Part shown: piece after piece, positions 45,241-60,200 of the stretch
How positions within the stretch are numbered: the first letter of the stretch is position 1
Layout of the letters: each line of letters begins with the position of its first letter
Notes under the pieces: generated by a model
Seen by the model: the letters and a program-made list of their open reading frames with translations, nothing else
Told to the model about the DNA's origin: nothing
Database searches by the model: none
Made by a program: the position numbers and the translations under genes
Assembly: GCA_026770705.1 (NCBI GenBank)
Contig: JANJGN010000016.1
Coordinates: 88,164,001-88,228,000 of the forward strand
Direction: 5' to 3'
Source of the DNA: Isurus oxyrinchus
Taxonomy: Eukaryota
DNA length: 64,000 bases

Positions 45241-48200
45241 TAGGGGGTGGAGGGGTGGGGGTGGGTGATGCCGTGGGTGGAGGTGGAGGGTGATGCCGGG
45301 GTTGGGGGCGTGGGTGATGCCGGGGGTGGGGGGGGGTGGGTGATGTTGGAGTTTGGGGCTGTGGGTGATGCTGCCGGTGGGAGGGTGAATGATGCCGGGG
45401 GTAGCGTGATGGGTGATGCTGGGGTTGAGGTGCTGGGTGATGCCGGGGGTGGGGGAGAGGGTGATGCCGGGGGTGGGGGTGGGAGTGGGGGACAGGGTGT
45501 GGGTGATGCCGGGGGTGGGGCACAGGGTGATACCGGGGGTGGGGGTGGGAGTGGAGGACGGGGTGTGGGTGATGCCGGGGGTGGGGGAGAGGGTGATGCC
45601 GGGGGTGGGGGTGGGAGTGGGGGACGGGGTGTGGGTGATGCCGGGGGTGCGGGAGTGAGTGATGCTGGGGGTGTGGGAGGTGGGTGATGCTGGGGGTGCG
45701 GGGTGGTTGATGTCGGCGATAGGGGGGGTGGGTGGTTGATGTTGGGGGTGGCGTGATGGGTGATGCTGAGGTAGAGGGGGTGAGTGATGCCAGGGATGGG
45801 GGAGTGTTTAATGCCGGAGCCGGAGGGGTGGAGGCCGGGTGGGTGGTAGTGGGTGATGCCGGGGTGATGCCGGGGGTGGGGTTTGAGTGATGCCGGGTGT
45901 GACGTGATGGGTGATGCCGGGGGTGAGGGGGTGTGTGATGCCGGGGTAGTGGGCGTGGGTGATGCCGGGGGTGAGGGAGAGGGTAATGCCAGATGTGGGT
46001 GTGTGCATGATGCCGGTGGTGGGGGTTGGGTGATGCCGGGGTGGGTGGGTGGGTGATGCCGGGGATGAGGCGGTGGGTAATGCCGGGTGTAGCATAATGG
46101 GTGATGCCAGGGGTGGGGGCATGGTTGACGCCAGGTGATGCCGGGGGTGGGGGGGTGGGTGATGCCGGGGTGAAGGGCGTGGATGATGCCTGGGGTAGGG
46201 ATGGTGGGTGATGCAGGGGGTGGAGAAATGTGTGATGTTCTGGGTGGTGGGGTGGGTGATGCCGAGCGTGAGGGTGTGTGTGATGCTGAGGGTGGGGGTT
46301 GGTTGATGCCTGGAATGGGGGCCTGGGTGATGCAGGGGTGGGAGAGTGAGAAATGCCAGAGCTGGGGGTTGGGTGGTGCCAGGGCTGGAGGGTGAGGGAC
46401 CCATGGGTGGGGGATTGGGTGATGCTGGGTTGAGGGAGAGGGTAATGCCGGATGGTGGGGGGCTGGGAGAAGCCGGGGATGGGGGAGTGTGTGATGCCGG
46501 GCGTGACAGGGTGGTGATGCCGGGGTAGGGGGTGAGGGTGATGCCGGAGTGTGGGTGGGGGTTATGGGTGATGCCAGTGTTGGCAGTGTGGGTGTTACTG
46601 GGGGTGGGGGTGGTGGGTGATGCCGGGGGTGGTGGGGTGGATGATGCCGGGAGTGGTGGGTGAGGGTAATGCCCGTGTTGGGTGTGTGGGTGTTGCTGGG
46701 GGTGAGGGGGCAGGTGATACCGGGGGTGGGGGAATAGGGGATGCCGGGGGTTGGTGGGCTTGGGTGATGCCGGGCGTGGGGGCGCGGATGATGCCGGGGG
46801 TGGGGGTGGGGTTTGTGGGTGATATCAGGGGTGTTAGGGTGGGTGATGCCAGTGCTGGGGGTGTGGATGCAGCTGGGGGATGGGCTGGTGGGTGATGCCG
46901 GGGGTAGAGGGGGGAGGAGATTGCCGGGGATGGGGGTTGAGGGTTGTCAGGGGTGGGAGGGATGGTCGATGCAATGGGTGGGGGGGTGGGTGATGCCAGG
47001 GTTGAGGGGGTGGGTGATGCCTGGGGTGGCGTGGTAGTCTTTGCCGGCTATGGGAGGGGTGGGTGATGCCATGGTTGAGGTTTGGGTGATGCCAGGTGTG
47101 AAGGGGTGGTTGATGCCTGAGGTGGGGGCGTGGGTGAGGCCATGGGTGGGGGAGTTGGGTGATGCCGGTGGTGGGCGTGTTGATGATGCAGAGGTTGGGG
47201 GTGTGGGTGATGCCATGGTTGGGGGGGTGGGTGATGCTTGGGATGGGGGGGGTGGGGGAATAGGTGATGTCGAGTGTGGAGGGAGTGGGTGGTGCCGGGG
47301 GTGAGGGGGTGAGTGATGCCGGGGGTGAGGGTGCGGATGTTGCCGTGGGTGGGGTGCCAGGTGATGCCCAAAGTGGGGTGGGTAAAGCCTGCGGTGGGTG
47401 ATGCCAGGGTTGGGGCCTGCGTGGTGCTGGGTTTGGGGGGCGTTGTTGATTCCGGGGATGGGGTGGGTGGATGGTGGTGCAGGTGGGGGGGGTGTGGATG
47501 ATGCCGGGGATGGGAGGGGTGGGTGATGCCACGAATGGGGGGGTGGGGGATGCCGTGAGTGGAGGGGTGGGTGATGCTAAGGTTGGGGGTTGATTGATGC
47601 CGGGGGTGGGGGGCTGGGTGATGCCGGTGGTGGGGGTGTGGGTGATGCAGGGGATGGGGTGGTTGGTGATGCCATGGGTGGGGCAGTGGGTAATGCCGGG
47701 GGTGGAGGATGTTGGTGATGCCAGGGTTGGGGGAATAGGTGATGTTGGGGGTGTTGGGATGGGTGATGCCAGGTGTGAGGGGGTGTGTGATGCCGGGGTT
47801 GTGGGCGTGAGTGACGCCTGGGGTCGGGTTGGGCGATGCTGAGGGTGGGGGTTGGTTGATGCCTAGGATGGGGGCCTAGGTGATGCCGGGGGGTGGGGGA
47901 ATGTGAAATGCCAGAGGTGGGGGTGTGGGTGATGCCGGGGCTGGTGGTGTGGGTGATGCCGGGAGCGTGTGATGCCAGTGTTGGCGGTGTGGGTGTTGCT
48001 GGGGGTGGGGGTGGTGGGTGATGCCGGGGTTGGTGGGGTCGATGATGCCGGGAGTGGTGGGTGAGGGTAATGCCCGTGCTGGGGGTGTGGGTGTTGCTGG
48101 GGGTGAGGGGGCATGTGATACCGGGGGTGGGGGAATAGGGGGTGCTGGGGGGGTGGGGGGATTGGATGATGCTGGGGGTGGGGGCTGAGGGACCCATGGG

Positions 48201-51200
48201 TGGGGGATTGGGTGATGCTCAGTTGAGGGAGTGGGTAATGCCGGAGTGTGGGGGGCTGGGTGATGCCGGGGTACGGGGTGTGGGTGATGCTGGGAGTGGG
48301 GGGTGTGGGTAATGCCCGTGTTGGGCGTTGGGTGTTGCTGGAGATGAGGGGGCAGGTGATACCATGGGTGGGAGTGCTGGGTGATGCCGAGAGTGCTGGA
48401 GTGGGTGATGCCGGGGGTTGGGGTGGGTGATGCCGGGGGTGACGTGATGGGTGATGCTGGGGTTGAGGAGGTTGGTGATGCCGGGGTGAAGGGCATGGGT
48501 GATGCCTGGGGTAGGGTGGTGGGTGATGCTGGGTGTGGGATGGTGGGTGATGCCAGGGGTGGTGAATAGGTGATGCCGAGGGCGGGGGGGGTGGGTGATG
48601 CCGGGCGTGAGGGGGTGTGTGATGCCGGGGTTGTGAGCGTGGTTGATGCCTGGGATGGGGGCCTGGGTGATGCCGGGTGTGGGGTGTGGGTGATGCCGTG
48701 GGTGGGGGGCCAGTTGATGCCGGGGTGGGGGGGTGGGTAATACCAGAGGTGGGAGTGTGGGTGATGCCGGTGGTGGAGGTTGGGTGATGCCGTGGGTGGG
48801 GGTTGGCTGATGCTGGGAGTGGGGTGGTGGGTGATGCCGCGGGTGGGGGTTGGCTGATGCTGGGGGTGGAGGTGAGGGACACATGGGTGGGGGGTTGGTT
48901 GATGCTGGGGTTGAGGGACTCGGTAATGATGGAGGTGGGGGTGTGGATGATGCCGGGGGTGGGGGAGTGGGTGGTGCCGGGAGTGAAGGGGTCGTGATAC
49001 CGGGGTAGGGAGTGTGGGTGTTGCCATGGGTGGGGGAGTGGTTGCTGCTGGGGTTACGGTGGTGGTGATGCCGGGTGTAGCATGATGGGTGATGCCAGGG
49101 GTGGTTGTGGTGGGTGATGCCGGGGGTGGGGGCACGGATGTTGCCGTGGGTGGGGTGCCAGGTGGTGTCGAGAGTGGGTAATGCCTGGGGTGGGTGTTGC
49201 CAGGGTTGGGGACTGTGTGGTGCTGGGTGTGGGTGGGGGGTGGTTGATTCCGGAGACGGGTGTATGGATGGTGGTGCGGGTGGGGGGGTGGTGTGGATGA
49301 TGCCGGGTGTATGGAGGTGGGTGCTGCCGGGGATGGTGTGGTAAGTGATGCCATGGGTGGGGTGTGGGCGTTGCAGGGGATAGGGGCGAGTGCGTGATGC
49401 CGTGGGTGGGGGGGGTGTGGGTGATGCCGGGGGTGGAGGAGGTTGTTGATGCCGGGGGAGGGGCAATAGGTGATGTCGGGGGTGTTGTGGAGGGTGATGC
49501 CAGGCGTCAGGGGGTGTGTGATGCCAGGATTGTGGGCGTGAGTGATGCCTGGGGTAGGGGTTGGGCGATGCCGAGGGTGGGGGTTGGTTGATGCCTAGGA
49601 TGGGGGCCTAGGTGAAGCCGGGTGTGGGGGAGTGTGAAATGCCAGAGGTGGGGGTGTGGGTGATGCCGGGGCTGGGGGCCTGTATTATGCCAGGGGTGCG
49701 GAAGTGGGTAATACCAGAGCTGGGGGTGTGGGTGATGCCGGTGGTGGTGGTTGGGTGACGCCACGCGTGGGGTTTGGCTGATGCCGGGGGTGGGGGTGAG
49801 GGACCCATGGGTGAGGGGTTGGGTGAAACTGGGGGTGAGGGAGTGGGTAATGCCGGAGGTGAGGGGCTGGGAGATACCGGGGATGGGGGAGTGGGTGATG
49901 CTGGGCATGTGGGGATGGTGATGCCGGGGTAGGGGTTGTGGGTGATGCCAGGAGTTGGATTGGGGTTTGTGGGTGATGCCGGGGGTGGTGGTGTGGGTGA
50001 TGCCAGCAGTGGGTGGTGCCATTGTTGGCAGTTTGGGTGTTGCTGGGAGTGGGGTTGGTGGGTGATGGCGGGTTAGTGGGATGGGTGGTGCCCGGAGTGG
50101 GGTGTATGGGTGATACCACTGTTGGCAGCGTAGGTGTTGCTGGGGGTGAGGTGGGAGGTGATACCGGGAGTGGGGGTGCTGGGTGATGCCGGGGTTGGGC
50201 AAGTGGGTGATGCTGGGGGTGGGGGAATAGGTGAAGTTGGGTGTGGGGGGGGGTTGGCTGGTGCCGGTGGTGAGGGGGTGGGTGATGCCGGGAGTTAGAG
50301 GGAGTGTGATGTCTGGGGTAGGGGGAGGGTAATGCTGGGGCTGGGTGATGGCAGGGTTGGTGGAGTGGTTGTTGTTGGCAGTAAGGGGGTGGGTGATGCT
50401 GGAGGTGGGGGTGGGGGTGGTAGGTGATGCTGGGGGTGGGTGTTGCTGGCGGTGAGGGTGTGGGTGATGCTAGGGGTGATGCCGGGGGTGGGTGTTGGCA
50501 CGGTTGGAGGGGTGGGTGATGCTGGGGGTGGGGGTGGGGGGGGTGGATGATGCCGGGTGTGGGAGACGTGTGATGCTGGGGAGGTGGTTTGTTGCGTGAA
50601 GCCGCGGTTGGGGGTAGTTCGTGTTGCCGGGGGTTTTGGGTTGGGTGATTCCAGGTGTGGGAAGGTGGGTGATGCCATGGGTGGGGGGGTGGGTGATGCT
50701 GGGGGTGGAGGAATAGGTGATGTCGGGGGGCGGGGGTTTGGTGGTGCCATGGGTGAGGGGGTGGATGATGCCTGGGGTAGGGGAGTGTTTGATGCTGGGG
50801 TTGGAATGGTGGGTGATGCCGGGGTGGGGGAATAGGTAATGCTGGGGGTGGGGGGGGGGGGGGTGGGTGATGCCAGTGGTGAGGGGGTGTGTGATGCCGG
50901 GGTTGTGGGAGTGGGTGACGCCTGGGGTAGTGGGTGGGTGATGCCGGGGGTGGGGGGTGGTTGATGCCTGGGATGGGGGCCTGGGTGATGCCGGGGGTGC
51001 GGAAGTGGGAACTGCCAGAGGTGGGAGTGTTGATGATGCCGGTGGTGGGGGTTGGGTGATGCCACGGGTGGGTATTGGCTGATACTGGGGGAGGGGGTGA
51101 GGGACCCATGGTTGGGGTTGGGTGATGCTGGGGGTGAAGGAGTGGGTAATGCCGGATGTGGGGGTTTGGGTGAAGTCAGTGTTGGCGGAGTGGGTGATGC

Positions 51201-54200
51201 CGGGCGTGAAGTGGTGGTGATGCCGGTGTAGGGGGTGTGTGTGATGCTGGGAGTGGTGGTGGCGGTTTTGGGTGTTGCCGGGGGTGGTGGGGTGAGTGAT
51301 GCTGGGAGTGGATGATGCCAGTGTTGGCGGTGTGGGTTTTGATGGGGATGGGGTTGGTGGGAGTTGCCATGGGTTAGGGGGTGTGTAATGCCGGGGATGG
51401 GTGATGCCAGGGGTGGGGGCTGTGTGATGCTGGGTGTGGGGTTGGTTGATGCCGGAGATGGGCGGGTGGATGATGGTGGGGGTGAGGTGGGGTGGATGAT
51501 TCCGGGGGGCGGTAGGGGGTGGGTAATGCCGGGGCAGGGTGATAGCAGGGTTGGTGGTGTCGGCGTTGCTGGCGGTGAGGGGGTGGGTGATGCTGGGTGT
51601 GGGTGGGGGGGGGGTGGTGATGCCAGGGGTGAGGGGGTGGTGATATCGGGGGTGAGAGGGTGGGTGATGCCGAGGGTGGGTGGGGTTGATGCTGGGAGTG
51701 AGGGTGTGGGTGATGCCGGGGAGGTGGGGTGTTGGGTGAAGCCAGGGGTTGGGAGTTGTGTGATGCCGGGGGTGGGTGATGCTGGGTGTGGGGCAATGGC
51801 GAGTGTGGAGGGGTGGGTGATGCCGGCGGTGGGGGATGTGGGTGATGCTGGGGGTGGGGGGAGTGGTGGTGATGTCAGGGGTGAGGGGGGTGGTGATATC
51901 GGGGGTGAGAGGGTGGGTGATGCCAAGGGTGGGTGAGGTTGATGCTGGGGGTGAAGGAGTGGGTAATGCCGGATGTGGGGGTTTGGGTGAAGTCAGTGTT
52001 GGCGGAATGGGTGATGCCGGTCGTGAAGTAGTGGTGATGCCGGTGTAGGGGGTGTGTGTGATGCTGGGAGTGGTGGTGGTGGTTTTGGGTGTTGCCGGGG
52101 GTGGTGGGGTGGGTGATGCTGGGAGTGGATGATGCCAGTGTTGGCGGTGTGGGTTTTGATGGGGATGGGGTTGGTGGGAGTTGCCATGGGTTAGGGGGTG
52201 TGTAATGCCGGGGATGGGTGATGCCAGGGATGGGCAGGTGGATGATGGCGGGGGTGGGGTGGGGTGGATGATTCCGGGGGGCGGTAGGGGGTGGGTAATG
52301 CCGGGGCAGGGTGATAGCAGGGTTGGTGGTGTCGGCGTTGCTGGCGGTGAGGGGGTGGGTGATGCTGGGCGTGGGTGGGGGTGGGGGTGGTGATGACAGG
52401 GGTGAGGGGGTGGTGATATTTGGGGTGAAGGTGGTGGGTGTTGCCTGGGGTGAGGGGGTGGCTGATGCTGGGGGTGGCTGATGCCGGGGGTTGGGAGTGT
52501 TGGTGAGGCCAGAGTTTGTAGGGTGAGTGATGCCGGGGGTGGGGGGAGTGGTGATGCTGGGTATGGGGGGGGTGGGTAATGCCGGTGGTGAGGGGGTGGG
52601 TGATGCCGGGGGTTGGGGGGGTTAGTGATTCAGGGGGTGGGGCGATGATTCATGCCATGGATGGGGGAGTGGGTGATTCCGTTGGTGGTGGGGGCAGGTG
52701 ATGCCGGAGTTGGGGGGGGTGGTGGTATCATGGGTGAGATGGTGGATGATGCCGTGGGTGGGGGGGTTGATGCCTGGGGTTGGAGTGGGGCGCTGATGCC
52801 GAGGATGATTGGGTGGGTGATGCCTGGTATGGGGGGTTGGGTAATGTCGGGGGTGGGTGATGGCAGGATTGGGGGGGCTGGGTGATGCTGGGGGTGGGGG
52901 TGGGGTGGATGACGCCGGAAGTGAGGGGTGGGTGGTGACAGTGGTTGGGATGTTGGGTGAAGCCAGGGGTGAGGGCTTGTGTGATGCCGGGGGTGGTGGT
53001 AGTTGGTGTTGCCCGGGGTGGGGGTGTGGACGATGCTGGGTTTGAGTGATGCCGGGGATTGGGGGGGGTTGGTGATGCCGGGGGTGGGGCGATGAGTCAT
53101 GCCTGTTCGTGGGGAGTTGGTGATGCCTGGGGTGGAGGGGTGGGTGATGCTGGGGGTGGGGGATGCCGGGGGTTGGGGGGCGTTGGTGAATTTGGGTATG
53201 GGGGGGTGGATAATGCCGGTCGTGAGGGGATGGATGATGCGGGGGTTTGGGGGAGTTAGTGATTCCGGGGCTGGGGCGATGGTTCATGCCATGGGTGGGG
53301 GTTGGGTGCTTCCGGCGGTGGGGGGTGGGTGCGGATGATGCTGGAGTTGGGGGGGGTGGTGATGTCGATGGTGATGGGATGGGTGATGCCAAGTATGGGG
53401 GGTGGGTAATGTCGGGGGTGGGTGATGGCAGGGTTGGGGGGGATGTGTGATGCTAGGGGTGGGGGTGGGGTGGATGACGCCGGGAGTGGGGGGTGGGTGA
53501 TGCCGGGGGTTGGGATGTTGGGTGAAGCCAGGGGTGACGGGGTGTGTGATGCCGGGGGTGGTGGTAGTTGCTGTTGCCGGGGGTGGGGGTGTGGGTGATG
53601 CCGGGGGTGGGTGATGCCGGGGATTGAGGAGTTTGGTGATGCCGGGGGTGGGGCGATGGGTCATGACTGTGCGTGGGGGAGGGTTGGTGATGCCGGCGGT
53701 GGGGGGGTTGGGTGATGCCGCGGATGGGGATTTGGTGATGCCTGGGGTGAGGAGGTGGGTGATGCCGGGGTGGTAGGGTGGGTGATTCCGGGAGTGAGAG
53801 GGTGGGTGATGCCGGGCTGGAGGTTTGACTGATGCCAGGGTTGAGGGTGTGGGTGATGCCGGGGGTGGGGTTGTGGGTGGTGCTAGGGCTGGGGATTGTG
53901 TGATGCCGGGGGTGGGGTGGGTATTGTGGGTGATGCCGGTGGTGGTGGGGTGAGTGATGCCGGGGTTGGGGGGGTGGGTGATGCCGGGGTTGGGGGTGGG
54001 TGTTGTGGGTGATGCCGGTGGTGGTGGGGTGAGTGATGCCAGGGTTGGGGGGGTGGGTGATGCCGGGTTTGGGTGTGGTGATTGTTGCCATGGGTTAGGG
54101 GGTGTGTAATGCTGGGGGTGGGTGATTCCAGGGTTGGGAGTTGGGTGATGCCTGGTGTAAGTGGTTGGTTGATGCCGGGAATTGGGGGGGCGGGGTGCAT

Positions 54201-57200
54201 GGTAGCGGTTTGATGGGGGTGTGGTGCCGGAGATGCGGCCGTGGGGCATTCCAGGTGTAGCATGATGGGTGATGCCGGAGGAAGGGGGCTGTGTGATGCC
54301 GGGTGTGGGGTTGGTTGATGCTGGAGATGAGCGGGTGGATGTTGGCGGGTGTGGGGTGGGGTGGATGATTCCAGGGAGTAATGCCGGGTCAGGGTGATGG
54401 CAGGGTTGGTGGTGTCGGTGTTGCTGGTGGTGAAGGGGTGGGTGATGCTCGTTGTGCGGGTGGTGAGTGATGCTGGGAGTGGGTGTTGGCAGGGTTGGAG
54501 GGGCGGTTGATGATGGGTTTGGGTGGGGGGGGTGGATGACACGGGGAGTGGGAGGGTGTGTGTTGCTGGGGAGGTGGGGTGTTGGGTGAAGCCAGGGGTT
54601 GGGGGGTGTGTGATGCCGGGGGTGGCTGATGCCGGTGACTGGAGGGTTTGTTGATGCCGGGGGTTGGTGATGCCGGGGGTGGGGCGATGGGTAATGGTGA
54701 GGGTGGAGGGGTGGGTGATGCTGGCGGTGGGGGACGTGGGTGATGCCGAGGGTGGGAGGGGAGGTAATGGCAGGGGTGAGGGTTGTAGGGTGGGTGATTC
54801 CGGGAGTGAGAGAGTGGGTGATGCCGCGCTGGAGGTTTGAGTGATGCCGGGGTTGAGGGTGTGGGTGATGCCGGGGGTGGGGTTGTGGGTGGTGCTAGGG
54901 GTGGGGATGTGGTGATGCCGGGGGTGGGGTTGGGTTTTGTGGGTGATGCCAGGGGTGAGGGGGTGGGTGATGCCGGGGTTGGTGGTGTGGGTGATGCCGG
55001 GGATGGGGGCAGATGGTGATGCCTGGGATGGTGGTGTGGGTGATGCCGGGGGCAGGGGTGTGGTTGATGGCGGTGGTCGGGGTATGGGAGATGGAGGGGA
55101 TGGGGCGGTGGGTGATGCCAGGGTTTTGTGGGGTGGCTGATGCCGGGAGTGAGGTTGTGGGTGATGCCGGAGTTAGGGGTTGGGTGATGCCATGGGTTGG
55201 GGGGTGGGTGTTGCAGGGGGTGGGGGGGTGGGTGGGTGATGCCATGGGTGGGGGCGTGGGTGATGCTGGGGATGGGGGGGTGGGTGATGCCGGTGGTAGC
55301 ATGATGGTTGATGCCGGAGTTGAGGGGGTGGGTGATGCCGGGGGGTGGAGTGCGTTGGTGATGCCGGTAGTGGGGGAGTGGGTGTTGCCGGGGATGGGGT
55401 GTGTGTGATGCCAGGTGTGACGTGATGGGTGTTGCCGGGGTTGAGGGGGTGGGTGATGCCGGGGGTGGAGGTGTTGAGTGATGCCGGGGGTGGGGTATAG
55501 TTGATATCAGGGGTTGGTGGGGGTTGTTGCCGGGGCTGAGGGGGTGGGTTATGCCGGGGTGATGGGCGTGGCTGATGCCTGGGGTAGGGGAGCGGGTGAT
55601 GCCGGTGTTGGGATAGTGGGTGATGCTGGGGATGGGGGAATAGATGATGCCAGGGGTGGGGGCGTGGGTGATGCAGGGGGTGAGGGGATGTGTGATGCCG
55701 GGGTTGTGGGCATGGGTGACGCCTGGGGTAGGGGGTGAATGATGCCGGGTTTCGGGGTTGGTTGGTGCCTGGGATGGGGGCCTGGGTGATGCCGGGTGTG
55801 GGGATGTGAGTAATGCCAGAGGTGGGATTGTGGGTGATGCCGGTGGTGGGGGTTGGGTGATGCCGCGGGTGGGGATTGACTGATGTCGGAGGTGGGATGA
55901 GGGACCCATGGGTGGGGGTTTGAGTGATGCTGGGAGTCAGGGATTGGGTGATGCCGTGGTTAGGGGCGTGAGTGATGCCATGGGTGGGAGGGTGGGTGAT
56001 GCTGGGGATGGGAGGGTGGGTGATGCCGGGGTTGAGGGAGTGGGTGATGCCGAGGGTGGAGGGAGTTGGTGATGCCGGGGATGGGGGAGTGGCTGATGCC
56101 TGGGGTGGACGAGTGTTTGATGCCAGGTGTGGGAACGTGGGTGATGCCGGTGGTGGGGGGTGTGGTTGATGCCGGGGGTGATGTGATTGGTGATGCTGGG
56201 GTTGAGGTGGTGGGTGATGCCGGAGGTGGAGGGGTTGGGTGATGCCAGGGCTGGGGGAATAGATGATGTCGGGCGTGGGGGGGTTTGGTGGTACCAGGGG
56301 TGAGGGGCTGTGTGATGCCGGGGTTGGAGATGTGTGTGATGCCGGGGGCTGGGGATGTAGGTAATGCCAGGGTTGGGGGGTGGGTGATGCCGGGGTTGGG
56401 GTGGGGGTTGTGGGTGATGCCGGGAGTGGTGGGGTGGGTTAGCCAGGAGTGGGGTGGATTTTGATGCCAATGTTGGGGGTGTGGGTGTTGCTGGGGGTGA
56501 GGGGGTGTGTGATGCCGGGGTTGGGAGTGATAGGTGATGCCAGGTGTAGGGGGGGGTGTGGGTGATGCAGGAGTTGGGGAGTTGGTGATGCCGGTTAGAT
56601 TGGGTGTTTGGTGAAGCCAGGGCTGAGGAGGTGTGTGATATTGGGGGTGGGGGTGGTGGGTTTTGCCTGGAGTGGGAGGGTGGGTGATGCTGGGGGTGGG
56701 TGGGTTGGGGGGGGTTGGTGATGCCAGTGCTGGGGGGGTGGTGATGCTGGGGGTGGGGGGAGTGGTGATGCTGGTTATGGGGCGGTGGGTGGTGCTGGGG
56801 TGATGGGCGTGGGTGACTACTGGGGTAGGGGGTGGGTGATGCTGGGCGCCGGGGGGTGGTTTATGCCTGGGATGGGGGCCTGGGTGATGCCGGGGGTCGG
56901 GGAGTGGGTAATGCCAGATTTGGGGCTGAGGGTGATGCCGGTGCTGGGGGTTGGGTGATCCCGGGGGTGGGGTTTGGCTGATGCCTGGGGTCGGGTGGTG
57001 GGTGATGCCGCGGGTGGGGCTTGGCTGATGCCGGGGTTGGGGGATGAGGGACCCATGGGTGGGAGCATGGGTGATGTTGGCGGTGAGGGAGTGGGTAATG
57101 CCGGAGGTGGTGGGCTGGGTGATGCCGGGGGTGAGGGAGGGGTTGAAGCCGGGCGTGAGGGGCTGGTGCTGCAGGGATAGATTGTGTGGGTGATGCCAAG

Positions 57201-60200
57201 AGTGGGGATGGGAGTTGTGGGTGATGCCGGGGGTGGTGGTGTGGGTGATGCCAGGAGTGGTTGATGCCAATGTTGGCGGTGTGGGTGTTACTGGGGGAGG
57301 GCACGGTGGGTGATGCCGGGGTGGTGGTGTGGGTAATGCCCAGTGTAGGGGCTGTGGATGATGCCAGAGTTGGGGGTGTGGGCATTGCTGGGGGTGAGGG
57401 GAAAGGTGATGCCGGGGTTGGGAAGCTGGTTGATGCCGGGGGTGTGGTTGTGGGTGATGCCGGTAGTTTGTGGTGGTGGGTGATGCCTGGGTTGGGCGTT
57501 GGGTGATGCTGGGGGTGGGGGGGTTGGTTATGTTGGGGGTGGGAGCATGGGTGATGCCGTGTCTGGATGGGGGTGGGTAATGCCGGTGGTGGGGGGGGGT
57601 GGGAGGCGCAGGGGGTGGGGTGGTGGCTGATGCCAGGGGTGAGGGGGTGGGTGATGCTGGAGTTAGGGGGGTGGTTGATGGCTGGGATGGGAGCCTGGGT
57701 TATGCCGGGGGTGGGGGAATGGGTATTGACAGAGCTGGGCGTGTGGGTGTTGCCGGTGGTGGTGGTTGGGTGATGCCGGGGGTGGGGGTTGGCTGATGCC
57801 AGGGGTGGGGTAGTGGGTGACGCCGCGCGTGGGATTTGGCTGATGCCGGGAGTGGGGGTGAGGGACCCATGGGTATGGGGGTTGGGTGACACTGAGGATG
57901 AGGGAGTGGGTAATGCCGCATGTGGGGGGCTGGGAGATTCCAGGGGTGGGGGAGAGGATGATGCCGGGCGTGTGGGGGTGGTGATGCCGGGCTAGGGATT
58001 GTGGGTGATGCTGGGAGTTGGGGTGGGGATGGTGGGTGATGCCAGGGGTGGTGATGCTAGTGTTGGCGGTGTGGGTGTTGCTGGGGGTGGTGGGGTGGGT
58101 GATACCCGGAGTGGGGGATGTGGGTGATGCCAGGGTTGGGGATGTGGATAATGCCAGGGGTGGGGGAATCGGTGATGTTGGGTGTGGGGGGGGTTGTCTG
58201 GTGCCGGGGGTGAGGGGGTGGGTGATGCCTGGGGTAGGGGATGGGTGATGCGGGGGGTGGGATGGTGGTCCATGCCGAGGTTGGGGGAATAAGTGATGCC
58301 AGGTTTGTGGGCGTGGGTGACGCCTGAGGTAGGGGGTGGGTGATGCCAGTGGTTGGGTGGGTGGTGGATGCCTGGGATGGGGGCCTGGGTGATGCTGGGG
58401 GTCAGGGAGTGAGTAATGCCAAAGGTGGGGGTGTTGGTGATGCTGGTGCTGGGTGTTGGGTGATACTGCACGTGGCGGTTGGCTGATGCTGGGGGTGGGG
58501 GATGAGGGCCCATGGGTGGGGGGGTTGGTGGATGCTGGGTGTGAGGGAGTGGGTAATGCCGGAGGTGGTGGTTCTGGGTGATGCCGGGGGTGGGGGAGTG
58601 GGTGATGCCGGGGTAGGGGGTAGTGGGTGATGCCATGAGTGGGGGTGGGGGTTGTGGGTGATGCCGGGGGTGGTTGATGCCAGTGTTGGTTGTGTGGGTG
58701 TTGCTGGGGGTGAGGGGGCAGGTGATACCAGGGTTAGGGGTGGGGGTGATGCCGGTGGTTCGTGGGGTGGGTGTTGCCGTTGTTGGGGAAGTGGAAGATG
58801 CCGGGTGTGGGGGTTGGTTGATGCCGGGGCTGGGGTGTGGGTGATGCTGGGGGTGTGGGTGAGTGTGATGCCTGGGGTAGGGGGGTGGGTGATGCCAGGG
58901 TTGTGGGTTGGGTGATTCCAGGTGTGGGAAGGTGGGTGATGCCATGGGTGGGGGGTGGGTGATGCTGGGGGTGGAGGAATAGGTGATGTCGGGGGGCGGG
59001 GGTTTGGTGGTGCCATGGGTGAGGGGGTGGATGATGCCTGGGGTAGGGGAGTGTTTGATGCTGGGGTTGGAATGGTGGGTGATGCCGGGGTGGGGGAATA
59101 GGTAATGCTGGGGGTGGGGGGTGGGGTGGGTGATGCCAGTGGTGAGGGGGTGTGTGATGCCGGGGTTGTGGGAGTGGGTGACGCCTGGGGTAGTGGGTGG
59201 GTGATGCCGGGGGTGGGGGGTGGTTGATGCCTGGGATGGGGGCCTGGGTGATGCCGGGGGTGCGGAAGTGGAAACTGCCAGAGGTGGGAGTGTTGATGAT
59301 GCCGGTGGTGGGGGTTGGGTGATGCCAAGGGTGGGTATTGGCTGATACTGGGGGAGGGGGTGAGGGACCCATGGTTGGGGTTGGGTGATGCTGGGGGTGA
59401 AGGAGTGGGTAATGCCGGATGTGGGGGTTTGGGTGAAGTCAGTGTTGGCGGAGTGGGTGATGCCGGGCGTGAAGTGGTGGTGATGCCGGTGTAGGGGGTG
59501 TGTGTGATGCTGGGAGTGGTGGTGGCGGTTTTGGGTGTTGCCGGGGGTGGTGGGGTGAGTGATGCTGGGAGTGGATGATGCCAGTGTTGGCGGTGTGGGT
59601 TTTGATGGGGATGGGGTTGGTGGGAGTTGCCATGGGTTAGGGGGTGTGTAATGCCGGGGATGGGTGATGCCAGGGGTGGGGGCTGTGTGATGCTGGGTGT
59701 GGGGTTGGTTGATGCCGGAGATGGGCGGGTGGATGATGGTGGGGGTGAGGTGGGGTGGATGATTCCGGGGGGCGGTAGGGGGTGGGTAATGCCGGGGCAG
59801 GGTGATAGCAGGGTTGGTGGTGTCGGCGTTGCTGGCGGTGAGGGGGTGGGTGATGCTGGGTGTGGGTGGGGGGGGGTGGTGATGCCAGGGGTGAGGGGGT
59901 GGTGATATCGGGGGTGAGAGGGTGGGTGATGCCGAGGGTGGGTGGGGTTGATGCTGGGAGTGAGGGTGTGGGTGATGCCGGGGAGGTGGGGTGTTGGGTG
60001 AAGCCAGGGGTTGGGAGTTGTGTGATGCCGGGGGTGGGTGATGCTGGGTGTGGGGCAATGGCGAGTGTGGAGGGGTGGGTGATGCCGGCGGTGGGGGATG
60101 TGGGTGATGCTGGGGGTGGGGGGAGTGGTGGTGATGTCAGGGGTGAGGGGGGTGGTGATATCGGGGGTGAGAGGGTGGGTGATGCCAAGGGTGGGTGAGG